DNA of 64,000 nt from Oopsacas minuta (Eukaryota > Animalia > Porifera), in contig JAKMXF010000111.1 in assembly GCA_024704765.1 (NCBI GenBank), positions 1,318,619 through 1,382,618 on the forward strand, given 5' to 3'. The notes under the pieces are model-generated. The model worked only from the letters and a program-made list of their open reading frames with translations, had not been told where the DNA came from and did not search any database. Positions 16,285 through 29,369 of the stretch are shown here, piece by piece. A program made the translations under genes and the position numbers. How positions within the stretch are numbered: the first letter of the stretch is position 1; each line of letters opens with the position of its first letter.

Positions 16285-18066
16285 TTACAAACGTGAAGGA
16301 ACAGGAAATTGCTCTAATAAAGTTTTAATACAAAATAACGATTCGATTAGAACTTCACTGAACCTATCAGCTGTCACTGTATCCGGACATGAATTATAAG
16401 AACTGACTATAAAGTGAATATCAGATTTCTGCGGATTGTAGCACACGCCATATCCATCTTGTACTAACGGAGCATAACCTGGATATTGATAATACTTATT
16501 AGGCAATTGACTGGTGGAAAGTTGGAAGTGTTTGTTACGAATATAACCCAGGTTTGAGAATAATTTCGGAGACATATTGTGTTGTTTGGATAGCATTTCT
16601 AGACCAAACAAATGTCTGTCAATTCCCTGTCCATTCCAAGCTTCAATTGAGTACTTGTTGTGTGCTATATAAAACTTCTTCAACAGACCCAGTAGCTTAT
16701 CACTCATTACATCTCCGTTAAAATACAAATGTCTAACCAATTCATCAGATTCAATTGATGTAGATCGTATAGTGTCTGTTCGTCCCTCATAGAATTTCGT
16801 AGTTGTGACACTTTCATAGCAAGCTGTTGACACACCATGTAGCTTAAAGAATGTCAGCTGTATTGCCAGCTGGATATTACTGTCAGGACTAAGTTTAAGT
16901 GATTTTGGTAAATTCTTACCAAAACCTGAAAATGTGAATATCTTAACACTCAGTTTCTTAGACAGTTGAATCAGTCGGTATTTAGCATCTGTGATATAGC
17001 TGGCTACTATAGGAGAAATCTCCCATTTCAATTCTTCTAAGAATGGAAGTTGCTCTAAGGATACAGGTATGTCAGATACAGGGGTAGTGTAGCTGTAAGT
17101 GTGAGCTGCTTGCGTCATAGCTGCAGACCCATCAGTAGCAGTGTGCTCCATGCTAGAAGAAGAGAATCCATCAGAAGTTACTACTTTCTGATATCTGATA
17201 TCATGCCAACGGTTGTAATAGCGGAAATTCTCACTCAAATCCCCAATCATTGTTTGTATGAAGAATGATTCATAGCTTTCAATACCAGGTTCATCCAACT
17301 CAATAGCTAGCATACTCTCCTCTATAACATCGAGTGAATGCTTATTAACGGATGACGTCATCATTTCCTGTCTAGCTACACACCAGCTGTATCTATCGAG
17401 TGAAGTTAACACCCCTACAGGTACCTGTTCCTCCTCAGGCATACTAATAATACTATAGAGCAGGTGCTTAATCAGATAAGGCTGCAGAACTCTCTTTAAC
17501 TCTCCTTCTCCGGTATAAATAGGAAGTTTAAAGTAACGGCCTCTGTGAATAACGAGTACATGATTAGTATCAGGAGAATATCTCAAAGAGTCTATCTCTA
17601 CACCTGGTATTCTGTATGTACCAGCTAGTTTGTTATACTGAGACATACATAGCGGAGAATCTCCAATGATGTCTTGAGGTAAATTATTATTCCGTACTAA
17701 ATCGAAAAACTTGCCAGTAGCATATAAATATTTACTCAAATAATCTATCCAGTGAGATACATTCGTAAACTGTTGTTTGCTACGCACACAGACTGGAGTA
17801 GAATAGATAGGTAACGGCCCTCTGAATTTGAGGTAGGCAGTCTCCAACCACCATTCTGTTAACCAGTTATCTGTACTAGCTGCTCGGTCTAATAACAGTC
17901 CCTGTAGATATATGCCTTCTTTATTCAGGAATTCTTGTGCTAAATCAGCTGTTTGAGAGTATTCCTCAAGAGTTAGTAAAGGACGGACAGAATTGAGGAA
18001 TTTATTTATAGTTTGATGTAGCTTAGGGACAGGTAGTCTGGGAAGGCTATTAGTGTTAGATGTCAT
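16285..18066 (-). CDS. CRAT: Carnitine O-acetyltransferase-like (choline/carnitine acyltransferase family), intronless, with PTS1
   Basis: 593 aa from the ATG at 18066. LPRLPVP.L, NWLTEWW..AYL..R.PLP, NRWHD, catalytic EH...DG, YES....F..GRTDTIRS, GIDRHL.GL, LSTSQ, GYGVCYN. The C-terminus SRL* is a canonical PTS1. Confidence 0.92.
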   Translation of the reverse strand: MTSNTNSLPRLPVPKLHQTINKFLNSVRPLLTLEEYSQTADLAQEFLNKEGIYLQGLLLDRAASTDNWLTEWWLETAYLKFRGPLPIYSTPVCVRSKQQFTNVSHWIDYLSKYLYATGKFFDLVRNNNLPQDIIGDSPLCMSQYNKLAGTYRIPGVEIDSLRYSPDTNHVLVIHRGRYFKLPIYTGEGELKRVLQPYLIKHLLYSIISMPEEEQVPVGVLTSLDRYSWCVARQEMMTSSVNKHSLDVIEESMLAIELDEPGIESYESFFIQTMIGDLSENFRYYNRWHDIRYQKVVTSDGFSSSSMEHTATDGSAAMTQAAHTYSYTTPVSDIPVSLEQLPFLEELKWEISPIVASYITDAKYRLIQLSKKLSVKIFTFSGFGKNLPKSLKLSPDSNIQLAIQLTFFKLHGVSTACYESVTTTKFYEGRTDTIRSTSIESDELVRHLYFNGDVMSDKLLGLLKKFYIAHNKYSIEAWNGQGIDRHLFGLEMLSKQHNMSPKLFSNLGYIRNKHFQLSTSQLPNKYYQYPGYAPLVQDGYGVCYNPQKSDIHFIVSSYNSCPDTVTADRFSEVLIESLFCIKTLLEQFPVPSRL

Positions 18067-18399
18067 CAAAGAGCTATTTATGAAAGTGCATAGTTACCAA
18101 TCCTTATAATAATTTCCTGGGATTTTCGGTAGATTCCTTGGATTTATAGTTTTATATTTATCAAGATCAATTTTAGGTATTATTGAAAAAAGGGACTTCC
18201 CTAATTCAAGGAACGGAACAGACAAGTTTTCCTTGAAGAAATTTCAAATTTGTCACTTGACACATATCTGACCTTGAAAATCATAGAGTGTAGAACACCA
18301 GTTGTCAAGCATTCGTTATGACATTTCACGTTGATTGTAATCAACAATATTAAAGTAATTCCGCCTATAAACTTTCCCTCTCTAACCATCACTTGGCTA

Positions 18400-18840
18400 G
18401 AGGGAAGTAGTTATCCAGCCGACAGGTTCATATATAGGACCGTAGGAGCCGGTGCGGCGCTCGCCGCACCAATATTTCAGAATTTCTATTATTATTAATG
18501 CAATGGTCATGTGATGAATTCCGCGCCAATACAATGTACCTCGCCGTTCCAATAATTTTTTGCTTCCGACGTCCCTGACATAATATTCGCGATTAAAATG
18601 ACGAAGTTGTTCATATGGTATTACTGGATAGTATTTTATTGATCTCTCTACAAATTTGAGAAAAATGATTACCACCAAAGTGAAAGTCAAAACAAAGCAT
18701 AACAAATGCTTAACAATGGTCATGACACAATATTCTATGATTTACAAGGCCAAATGTGCAACACACAACAAATCAAATTCGAAATTTCTTCAAGAAAACT
18801 TGTCCATTCAATTCCGTGATTTAGTGGCGCCAAAAAATAA
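18400..18840. repeat. Dispersed repeat, copy A (related to 29370-29920)
   Basis: Shares CGCACC.AT..TT..CCGACGTCCCTGA and GTGAAAGTCAAAACAAA..ACAAGGCCAAA(A)TGTGCAAC..GAAATTTCTTCAA..AACTTGTC with the 29.4-29.9 kb region. Confidence 0.55.
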
Positions 18841-19718
18841 GACATAAATTAATTAAATATTTCCTGTATTCATTGTGAAATTCTGGGATATTCCAGGATC
18901 CCTGAAGTATGAAAATAATTTCATAGACCAAGCGAGATGTTTGAAAAAATCGGAGATCTGCATCTCATCATCAAAAATGTACAGTGAAGAAGCAACCAAT
19001 GGCGTGAGATTTCCATTAAAGCCATGAACGCGAGGCTCACGGGTAACGCCCCTCCCTGTGTCCCGCTTTTTACAATACAAAAACAAATGAGGTTGTCAAA
19101 CTTTACAGTTTACACCAATCCCCTAGGTACCGCTACTTAATGTTTAAACGGCTCCTAGCTAGCTCGGGGTAGGATCAGGTCCAATTTTTAAAACCCGGCC
19201 GACCCGAACCCGAACTTCCTCACTTTTCTGAACCCGAAGTGTATATATGTGTAGATAATAACTCAAAATCCTCTAGACCAGTGGCTCTCGACCCATTATC
19301 AATTAAATCCCTTACGACCCACCAACGGGGTCTTTCTGGATATGATGCGGTTGTTGTGCAAGCGCCTCAGGTCGTGAAGCAACCAAGCAAGCGAAGCGGC
19401 TAGAAATATTAAAATGTCTAATTAAATTACAAACACTCCACCAGAACTAATTTTATGTATTTATGCATAATTATACACCCTACAACCTGATTGGGATAAA
19501 ATACAGAGGTGTCAAAGGTGTGAAAATATACACATTAGAAAAATTCCAAATGGCAGATGCAGAACTAGATATCACTACGAGTATAAATGCTAAATTTGGT
19601 GTCTTAATCTCTAAAGTGTGTGAACAGCTGAGCGAAAACATATATACGTATTTGTAGATAAGAATATAACAAAATATTCGCAATTCTGAAAATGTTGAAG
19701 AATATTATTATTAGTTGG

Positions 19719-19921
19719 CACAGTAAAATATTGGGAAAAATGAATAAGACCGAATTATATTCTGAGAAGATGAGCATTTGAGTACACTCGTTCGGATAAC
19801 TGGGGTGGTATTTGATTGGACTATCGTTGGATCTGTATCAGACTTTTATTCCAGTCTTGGAAAAATAAAATTTTCACACTGTAAATTCGGTCTTATTCAG
19901 TCAACCCAAAATATTTAATGC
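19719..19921. mobile_element. MITE-like element with long imperfect TIRs
   Basis: TGAATAAGACCGAATT (19741-19756) is the exact reverse complement of 19884-19899; the flanking AATATT(TT)GGG is also inverted. Confidence 0.45.
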
Positions 19922-20487
19922 TTATTACCTTGAGCTGGAGCAGGGAAATAACTAAATGGCGTAGAACTCGGATAGTAAGAACTAAATTGGTTTTCCTAAG
20001 GGCGTGCGTCTTATACGAGTTCTACAGCAATCAGATACTACGTATTGTCAAAACATTTGATAATGCCTTGAATCCAAAGGGGGTAGTAATCAAAGTATCA
20101 TATTTGTATACAAATGCGCGTCATAGCCTCGTAGGGAGGGAGTGTATAATTCCATGAATTGTGTGTAATTGAAAGAAATACAAGCTCCAATTTCTCCTAG
20201 TTAGATACTAGATAGACAAGTAAATGTATAGGAAATTGATAAAATATCAAAACCATAGCCAATGCCAAACTAAAGAATGTTTTAATCCAAAAAATCTAAA
20301 ATTAGAACCTGTACCGACAATCTTAACCTATTTTTATGTCATTTTTCCTTAACACAATTACCTTTCACTTTAGATAAGATAAACTCTACAATCCTGGTAA
20401 ATAATAATTATCTATAAAGTAAACAAAATGGTAAACAATATAACTATTTCACTAATTAGTACAAATTATAAAGAATTCTTCAGTCAG

Positions 20488-21619
20488 TTAGAAGAATTGG
20501 AGACAATTTGTATCCTTCTGACACACAACTACAATGTGTCCTGTGTTGTCTAGTGCTATTCCACATGGGTAACTGAACTCCCCGATACCCTGACCTTCTT
20601 TCCCAAACTTGTGTATTTGTTCCCCTTCCTGATTGAATACGTACACACAATGATTACTGTAGTCACTCATAATGATGTTATAGTCTCTGTCTATTTCGAA
20701 ACAGTGTGGATTGTTTGTTTGTTTGCCATCACCTCTAGTTATCAGTCTGTTGATTAGAACGTGATCTGAATTGAACACAAACATACACGGATCACTATAA
20801 TCTAGCACTTCCATCAAAGACATCTAGACCGCATGGATAGTAGAACTGAGCTTCTCCATTCCCTTTCCTGCCAACACTCTTGATTAGTTTCCCTTCTAGC
20901 TCGTACTTATTAATATAATGACTATTGTATTGTGTAACAAACACTTTATTATGAGTTATACAGATTCCTACTGGATTGTTCATCTTCTCACTGAACATGA
21001 AGAGATAGTCTCCGTTACTGCTAAATACTTGTATACGATGGTTGTTACAATCCGCTAGGTAAATGTTTCCAGTTTGGTAATGTACTGCTATACCTCTGGG
21101 ACAGTTCAGTTCTCCTAGAGCTTTCTTGTTTGAATTATTACAGCAGTAAGCAGTAGGCAGCTGTTTAGCCTTGTAGTTAGGTATAACAGGCTTCACTTGA
21201 GGAGGGAAGGTGCGAGTGGGAGGTTTGTTAGTCTGACCGTTAAGCTTAATACTCCCTAGCTGTTCTATGTCAGTCTCGAATTGATTGTTCCATTCAAATG
21301 CAATACTACTGTCTGTATCAGCTGATAGTTCCTCGATTTGTTTATTTAATAGTGATTCTATTCCTCGATGAGTGGCTTTAAGTTTATTAGAAGTCAGAGT
21401 GTCTGTAATAAACGATTTTGATTTATCCAAAGCTTCCAATAACTCCTGCATTTCCTGAGTTTTGGTATTATAGTCTTTCTCGATTTCATCAATACGAGAG
21501 AGGAGGATACTCTCTCTGAGTTGTAGAGCTTCATGTGACTTCTTGAAGCAGTCTCTAATCTTCCTTCTACTCTCTTTTACTTGTTCGATAAAGTTTATTT
21601 TCACTTCTACACTAGCCAT
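20488..21619 (-). pseudogene. Coiled-coil + NHL-repeat beta-propeller gene (TRIM/NHL-like, no RING or B-box), frameshifted by an internal deletion
   Basis: ORF 21619-20795 has a coiled coil then NHL repeats (PRGIAVH..IYLAD..NHRIQVF; PVGICI..VFVTQ). It breaks after F.YPCGLDV; the NHL repeats resume in another frame (VLDYSDPCMFVF..IIMSDYSNHCVYVF..F.YPCGIALD..LQFF*) and end at 20488. Confidence 0.75.
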
Positions 21620-23156
21620 TTCTTTGTCTGTCAAATTTGATAATTCTGAATAATATCTACAAATATTAAAGGATTTTATGCGACCAGAATTGAGGTCCCA
21701 TTAAGGATTAGGATAAAATTTAATGTCGTTATTGTTAGTGACATTAAGTCTTCCAGAAAAATTTTGGGCCCGTTGTTGAGAAATGAGAACCACTGCTCTA
21801 GGCTTCTTGTGAGTTCAATATGCTATATGAGTTAAGAATTCTGTTATAGATAAATAATTTCAACAATTAGAATGATAGGATGATAGTACTGTAATTCAGT
21901 GTATGTTCGAAATGATCAAAATCGAACCCAAACCGGGATTCCAACTCTGAGCTTAGCTTTCAATATATAGAATATTGGAGGATTTCCTCAGAAACAAATA
22001 GTAAATTTAATACTCGTAATACGATTGCATAATTTATACTTTGATGATTTTGAGGATTGGGAGAGCATCGTCTATCAATTTTAAAAGATGGATCGGAATC
22101 TGATGTAATATTTTCTAAATAGATTCTGACCCCTTTCTAATATACAGCACCACATTGTCAGATAAAATTGAATTGCATATATTAAATCAACTAGAAACAC
22201 TCAATTCAAAATAACCAATGGCCAAATTGTGTATTGAATCCGTTCAAACGTTTCGTAACGCAATTTCCCTAAATTTTGACCCCCTCTCCCCCTGTGTCAC
22301 GCTTTTTCAACGTATGGTAATACAAAAAGACTGGGCCTGTCACACTTCGCATATCACCCCTCTTCTTGTAGTTTTACCGTTTGAACAGTCATTAATTACT
22401 AATATGAAGATATGTGCAGCAGGTCTGGAAATGCTTTTTGAAAATATTTTCTTTGTTCTACAAACCACGAAAATGAAAAACAATCATTCGTAGCCTTAGA
22501 TGGGTACCCTGAGATCTGTTATGTAATTCTCTAAGCCAGGACCCTTGACCAAGAAAATATTTTACACCAAAAATATTCGGGATTTGTAGACGTTCATTCG
22601 CGAATTTATCTATCACTGGAAAATGGGCCCCAAAATTTGTCCCTTCTGACCATTTTTCATTCTGGCCCTGGGAACAAAATTTTCGTGAAAGATCATCAAT
22701 ACAACTAAATCTATTAGCGAATGATGTAAACTGTAAATAAGCTATTTGAATCTGGTTTAACGAAGTTGCGCTGTGCGGTATTTTGAACATGTCGCATTTG
22801 CTTGCAACATTGCATGATAATAGAAACGTGTTCCATTTGCTTAAAATAGCATTGCATGAAATAACTACTACTTCATAGTTTTAAGCAAAAATGTTGGATG
22901 AAAGAAGTCTTATGCCAATTTGTTGCTTACAAATATCTTTGTGTTTCCTTGTTTCAAGCAACAATGCTGCAAGGACAGTCATGTGCAACCAATAGCATTT
23001 TGTATGGTGGCTCAATGTTTCCATTATTCATAGTTTCAATAAAGTAAAAGAATACTACTATGCCTGCAATATTGCAAGTTCTACATCATTTTGCATGTCA
23101 TTATCAACCCACTTGCCATAAATAGAAAATTAAACACAGATTCAAATCGTGATAAA

Positions 23157-24010
23157 ATGACCTCAAATTACAGAACATGTTTCCCAGTGCCCTGCTATTT
23201 TCTTACAACTAGCTTATCATTCATTGTATTAGGGCCTGGTTTTGGGTTCCAATCACAAGGTGCAAATGATTTGAAGAGTTCAAATCTCCTAGATGACTAC
23301 CAATTCGCTGCATTTTCAGGAATCTACTTTCTCACAGCTGCAATTAGTGGACTATTTGCTATGCCACTAATGTAACTGATTGGAAGAAGGAATGATATAC
23401 TTATAGCAGCAGTCCTATCAAGAACCGGTTATGTGTTATGCTAGGAGTAACAAGTATACCAGAAGTACTTATCTTGGTAAGGGCAGTCAATGGTTTTGGT
23501 TGTGGCATATCCATCCCCGTTTCAGTAATATACTTAAGTGAACTAGCACACAATAAAACCAGAGGAACTCATTTGAGCCTTAGTCGCTCCGGCATACTTA
23601 TCGGCATTATAGTTATGTGGCTCTAGCCTGAACTATGACACGCTCTCATTAATAGACGCTGGTTTATCAATAATGCAAAGTTTTATTATTGTTTGTGCCA
23701 TACACTCACACATACTTGCTGAGTAGGAACCTCAAGGATAGTGCATTGAGAACAATGAGGCGGCTACGAGCCAAAGATTATGACTCAGTAAAAGAAGTAC
23801 AAGAATGCATGATATGAATCATAGTTCAGAGTACTTATCTGGATAAATTAGTTCATTTGCTAAAACCCTGGAACCTGAAAGCATTTTTCTTAGTTAGCAC
23901 AATATTTTTCACTGAGCAAACTTCAGGCATTAATCTATTCGCAAACTATAACTCTGAAAATTTACAAAGTAGCGGGGCTGCAAAATTACTTGGGTTAGTT
24001 GTTCAGTGTT
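23157..24010 (+). pseudogene. MFS sugar transporter (GLUT8/Tret1-like) pseudogene, 3' truncated
   Basis: Fragments LGPGFGFQS, GLFAMPLM*LIGRR, RAVNGFGCG...VIYLSELA....RG and EQTSGIN, separated by several in-frame stops and frameshifts. Confidence 0.72.
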
Positions 24011-25465
24011 TTCCCAAAGAGTGTTACGCGCGTCAATTAACGCGCTTTCCTAGCTGAAAGACGCGTTTGGAATATCTAACCAGTTCTATAGCGGGGCAAT
24101 TTTTGTCCATATTCGTTCAGTTCCATAGAAACGAACCTTTATAAGCGAAGAGTGGGGAATGGAGGACACTTTATAGTAGTAATACCTAAGTTGACTAATT
24201 CATTGAAAAATCGTCAAGAATAATTCTTTCCCAATGTATACATTATTCTTTTTGAAGAGTTGATTAATTAATGGGTTTATACAATTCATAATGATATTGA
24301 ATAATATATGTCAGTGTCGCGAATTCTGAACCACTAGGTGGCTAGAGAAACTGTTCGTAATATAGAGAATTCATATTTATCAACTCGACTTAATACAAAT
24401 CCTATTTATGCATTAAAATTGGGGCCAGAAGGTTATTAATTCAAAATGAATTATTCATTTTTAACCTATTGATAATGAATTATTCATTATTCATGAATTA
24501 GTCAACTTAGAGCAATACCTTACACCATTATTTTAACCTCTGGGAATTTTGCAATAAAGTTCATTTAAATATCTATTTTTGTGCTAATTTTATAAATTAA
24601 TCATAAACATCCTATGATCACACAGTCTACGTATAAGATACGTAGTTTGTGTGATGATATGTATTTGTCGACAGTAAATTAGATACAAATAGTTTTTGAA
24701 CATTTTAGAATTTTTCAAAAGTTGTATAACCTTTATGATCTGTTCGGATTAGCAAGGGTCTACTGTATAGTGGTGAGGTCGGACATAGAATTTTCGCAAA
24801 ATTATCAGTATATCCATTAATTATCAGTATATAAGATATATACAATAAATTGATATAGTGTATCCAAATTTGGCTAAATAATTTCCCGCAAGGTATCCCA
24901 AGAGGCTTTGTCCGTTACTTAGTGTGGATGAAGTATTTATTATTTACTCACTGCGATTGTAAATATTTATTTCTCAAAGGTACGAGGCTGGCTTTTCAGG
25001 GTTGATATTATCACTATACCGAATTCATAGTAGATAACACGATTGCAATCCAATCAGTGTTAGCATCGCTATACTAAAATTCAAACTCTACAGTGTTTAT
25101 CCCTGTTGTTTTGATTGTAGCGATGTTACGTATTATTGTGGGTGTAGTTTCACTACAAGCAGAGAAAGTTATGTTTGTCTTGCTGCTGACACCACAATCC
25201 CTCAGGCACATAAAGAAGAGTTAGACTTTCATAAGACTGAGAGAAAGGTGTGCACTTTTTTCTGTGATTCATCCTGAATATGGAAACCCAAAGACTCAAA
25301 AGAAGAACATTTGTTCACATAATTATAGGTGGAAGTAAATTTATGTAAATATTAAGGTGATTGTTTATCATTGTCATAATTATAATGTATGCTTATTTGT
25401 ATATAATATATATTTTCTTATATTTACACAAGTTGAATATAATTCAGATAAACGTATTTACCCAA

Positions 25466-27064
25466 ATGTATAGGATTGCAATCCTAAAAAGAGAACTCAG
25501 ATGGTTATCAAATGAATTGATATGTCTGAATACATTGGCTTTAGTTTGTATCTCGAGTCTACTCTCTATCAGCATTCAACTAAAAGCAGCCACAATTATT
25601 CTATCACGTGCATCAGAAACTGATATAAGTGAATAGGTTAGTGCATTATTCATTGCACAGACAATAATTTCGGTTACCGGAATTCCAATTATTCAAGGCA
25701 TATCAGCTGGTGTGAGTGCAGTGTGTTCTCAAGCATACGGTGCGAAGAATTATAAATTAGTGGGAACCTATTTCATGAGAGCACTGGTTATCGCTTCACT
25801 GACCTGTTTCCCGTTATGGAGTATATGGGTGAGCGTGACTCCTCTTGTCTACTATGCCACAGGGGATCAGACGGTAGCAGAAGGAGCTGGCCGTTACACA
25901 ATGTTATTTTGTTTTGCGTACCCAACTTTTACTTTAGGAAATTTCGCGAGTGCTTTTTTACAATCTCAAAAGATTGTCTTTGCAGTTTTGTGGATTTTGG
26001 TAGTAGGTTGTGTAATAAATATATCGTTTCAATACATATTTATAGTCATCTTGCAGCAAGGAACATCTGGTGTGCCTCTGGCATACCTTATTAGCATGAT
26101 TTTAGTCACATTATTCCTGTTTGCATATATCAGAATATCTAAAATACATCTCAATTTCAGTGGATTGTCCTTCACAATGTTCTCTGATTGGTTACACTTC
26201 TTGAGGTATGGTGCTGTAAGTGTACTGCAGGTACTAATTGATCGTTCTATTATGAGGATTGTACCTATTGTGGTTATTGGTGTCATTCTAAAAGATACAC
26301 AGCAATTAGCTTTGGCAGGGATTCTGAACGCAGTTTGGTATGTAACGTCAGCTGTGACAGTTGGTTATGGAATCAGCGCTTCAGTTAGAATTGCTAATCT
26401 CCTTGGAGAGAGTAATCTCAATGGAGCGAAGAAATCCACTGTGCTAGTAGTTGTGTTTATCTTTGTCTTACAGTGTTGTTTGAGAATGTCAGTATTTTCT
26501 CTTGCTAGTCCTCTTTCTTATCTCTTCACATCTGTTGAAGGAATGAGGGAGCAGATTGAATTTGGAGTTAAGATTGTTGGACTTTGTGTTTCCTTGGATA
26601 CATTCTCAGCTATAAGAGGTATAGCAACTGCATGTGGCCTACAATTCTATGCACTTCTCATTCAGTTTACATTTCTTATAATTATTTCTGCTCCTCTTGG
26701 TGTTGTGTTAACTTTTTATGTTTCTTGGAGAGCTGTTGCATTAATTTTGATACCTTCAATTGGATATTTTATATCTTCAATATTCTTACTTATACTTTTG
26801 TATTGTTATAGTTGGGATAATATTCAAAACAAAGTTTCATTAGATTCTCGTCTTCAAAATCCAAATCTTAATGAAAGGCAATTATTAGTTTCTGATGATG
26901 ATCCACCACTTCCATCGAGTTCACAAGACTCTAATGGAGGTACTCCCTATCCATTCCCTCCTCTCTCTAACCTTCATAATATTTTTCGAATTCTACGTTT
27001 TCTGATATTGCTTATAATTGGGATCATCATATTCGTGCTGGTATGCTCATATGTGTTCCAATAG
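25466..27064 (+). CDS. MATE/SLC47-type multidrug and toxin extrusion transporter, intronless, one in-frame TAG at 25634-25636 (possible null allele or pseudogene)
   Basis: ORFs 25361..25636 and 25712..27064 are in the same frame. Across the stop: ..SETDISE*VSALFIAQTIISVTG..SQAYGAKNY..G...RALVI; also FLQSQ..V, GISASVRIANLLG, GIATACG and a C-terminal extra TM helix. Confidence 0.8.
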
Positions 27065-27578
27065 TTCTAAACATACAACATCTTAATGTTGAACCTAATA
27101 CAGCAAACTACAATTTACGTATGATTCGATCTGTTCCTGGCTAAATGACTACTCTGATTTCCATGAAATCATAATTATGCTTTTGGTTTAATCAATTCTC
27201 TGTATCTGTTGTTAGAATTCCTCTATTCATCCATTTATGTGGACCAATGCTCTTATTAATTAGATATCTATATTTTTAAAACCCAATTGAGAATATTGAT
27301 CAATCAAAGTGAGCACACAGTTCAACCTGTGCTGACTACTATAGTGATTAATTAAAATCTCAATTCAAAGTGGGAGAATGGGATTTCCATAGCTGTCTTC
27401 ATTCAGAAATTTTCAAGGGGAGTGAACTCCCCTTGAACAATTACTATAAAATACTATCTTACAGGCGCTCCCCTACTTTAATTTTGAGCACTATACCCCC
27501 TGTCTAGCCTGCGTTAAAATGAAGACTCTATGCATAGGTTTAGTATGTGTATAAGACGTGGACTAAGTTCTACTGTAT

Positions 27579-27605
27579 TATTGAGCCTATTGAGCCTATT
27601 GAGCC
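27579..27605. repeat. 9-bp tandem repeat (TATTGAGCC)x3
   Basis: Three exact copies read directly from the sequence. Confidence 0.8.
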
Positions 27606-29369
27606 AATTTTTTGTGGGGTAAGCCCCCAAGAATGAAGACTCCCCCAGGTAGTCACTCGATATACTTGCTTGCTTTGGGTCTCTCTGGCCGGACCGGGTC
27701 TAATCCGATGCTAAAGCCCTGCTAACAGTACTGAGGTAAGGGCTTGGTAGACAGGTTATCCGATTCTCGAGACTGCTAAACTAGTACAAGCATGCTTAGT
27801 AGGGTAAATTAAAAATAAGTGCTATATATGGGCAGCGCGTAATAAAGGCTTGGTGAGGCTAAGCCTCCCCAAATATATTCTTTTACTTCTAACTATGTGG
27901 TTTGGAAATGTAATCGCATATATGGCGAAAAAATAACCCATTACTACAATGGTTACTCCCGAACCAGTTATGTCATGAACAGTGGCAGATCCGCAGATCT
28001 ATGGGGGGTGGATATACCACTAGGATATTTATGAATGATATGGAATCATAGTTCAGTTGAATCGAAAAATTATCTCAATACAACAATGAAATACTTGCTC
28101 TAATAGCAAACAAATAGAGTTACCATTGTTCTGTTTTTGTTTTGTGTGCAAATTTAGTAATGTCCAGTTTTATATGGTTTGTCTAGTGTTGTTTTGATGT
28201 CTAGTTTCTTCACGTAGTAAACACTTGACTCTGTTTACATCATTTTGGCGCGATTCATTTTGGTTGCTTCACAACATCTAGCACGTTAATAAATAAACAA
28301 ATATATTGATAATATAATTATTACTTTTGCATAGTATACAACTATCGACATAAACCCATTGAGTGGGCTGTCCAGCTTTTTCTAAGTATCGTCCAGGGAA
28401 CTTCAGTATTTTTTCGGAAAACAGGAACATGTACAGGTTTGGTAAAACTCTTCTGGTCACCTTACCTCAATCTATATTATTAAATCTCAATTGTTGTTTG
28501 TTTGTTTATTTGTACGTTGTCAAAGAAAGGATTTACGGTATGCAATTTTGAAATTGTCGCATAACTGTACTTATCGTATTCATCAAGGAAGTAAACAGAA
28601 TTCAATAAAATATATCGAACATGCTGAATCCGATCTTCCAATGAATTATCCGTTTCGTGCATTCAATTATCCGAATCAGGTATTCAATGATCCGTTCATT
28701 TTGTAGGTGTGATCTGTGTGGAACAAATCAGTGTGGATTACGCATTATAGACATTTTCAATTCAATGTGAGACTAAGAGACCTTTATTATCTTCGATTTC
28801 AAAATCGTGTGATAGGCAATGGGTCACACGATGGACCAAAGTGTCACACAATGGGTCATGGGTTACGGATACGATGGGTCATGACTCATGAGGCACCTGT
28901 CACGCTATATTTGGTCCACCGCTATAAATGGTCCGGCTGGACCATATATGGCAGCCACAGATACGGATGGTCCCCCCTCTGTTTATTATATAAAATTGCT
29001 CATCACGCTGTTTATTGCAGGCTTTGCAAGGGTTACCAAGGCCAAATGGGTAACTGTACAAAATTCACTCAGTTAGCTAGTCACTAGATCAGGCATTTGG
29101 ACTCGAGTTCAGAATTACAAATATGTAATTTATAGTAGGGATTTACACTAATCAATGGAAAAATCTCCCCAGTTACAGTACAAATTGATTGGAAAATCAT
29201 TAATTCCTACAATAGGAAGATTGATTAGTAAATAATTGGAGAAAATATCCCTTTTAACACCCTGATCAAGCTATAAACACCCAGTTTACAACCTGGAGCT
29301 AGCCTGGCATCCGGACAACACAACCAGAAGAAGCTCCATTTACCACTTTAGAGAACTAATTCTTTCCTT

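Noticed and set aside
21900-21970. tRNA B-box-like GGTTCGA on the minus strand
   Set aside because: Spacing from the A-box-like motif is too short and no cloverleaf can be drawn.
27600-27880. GC-rich structured segment, loosely like 4800-4960; considered solo LTR, SINE or hammerhead ribozyme
   Set aside because: No TG..CA ends, no TSD, no poly(A) tail and no hammerhead core (CUGANGA..GAAA) found.
28716-29087. 123-aa ORF
   Set aside because: Built from recurring ATGGGTCA/GGACC motifs of a probable repeat; no recognisable protein features.
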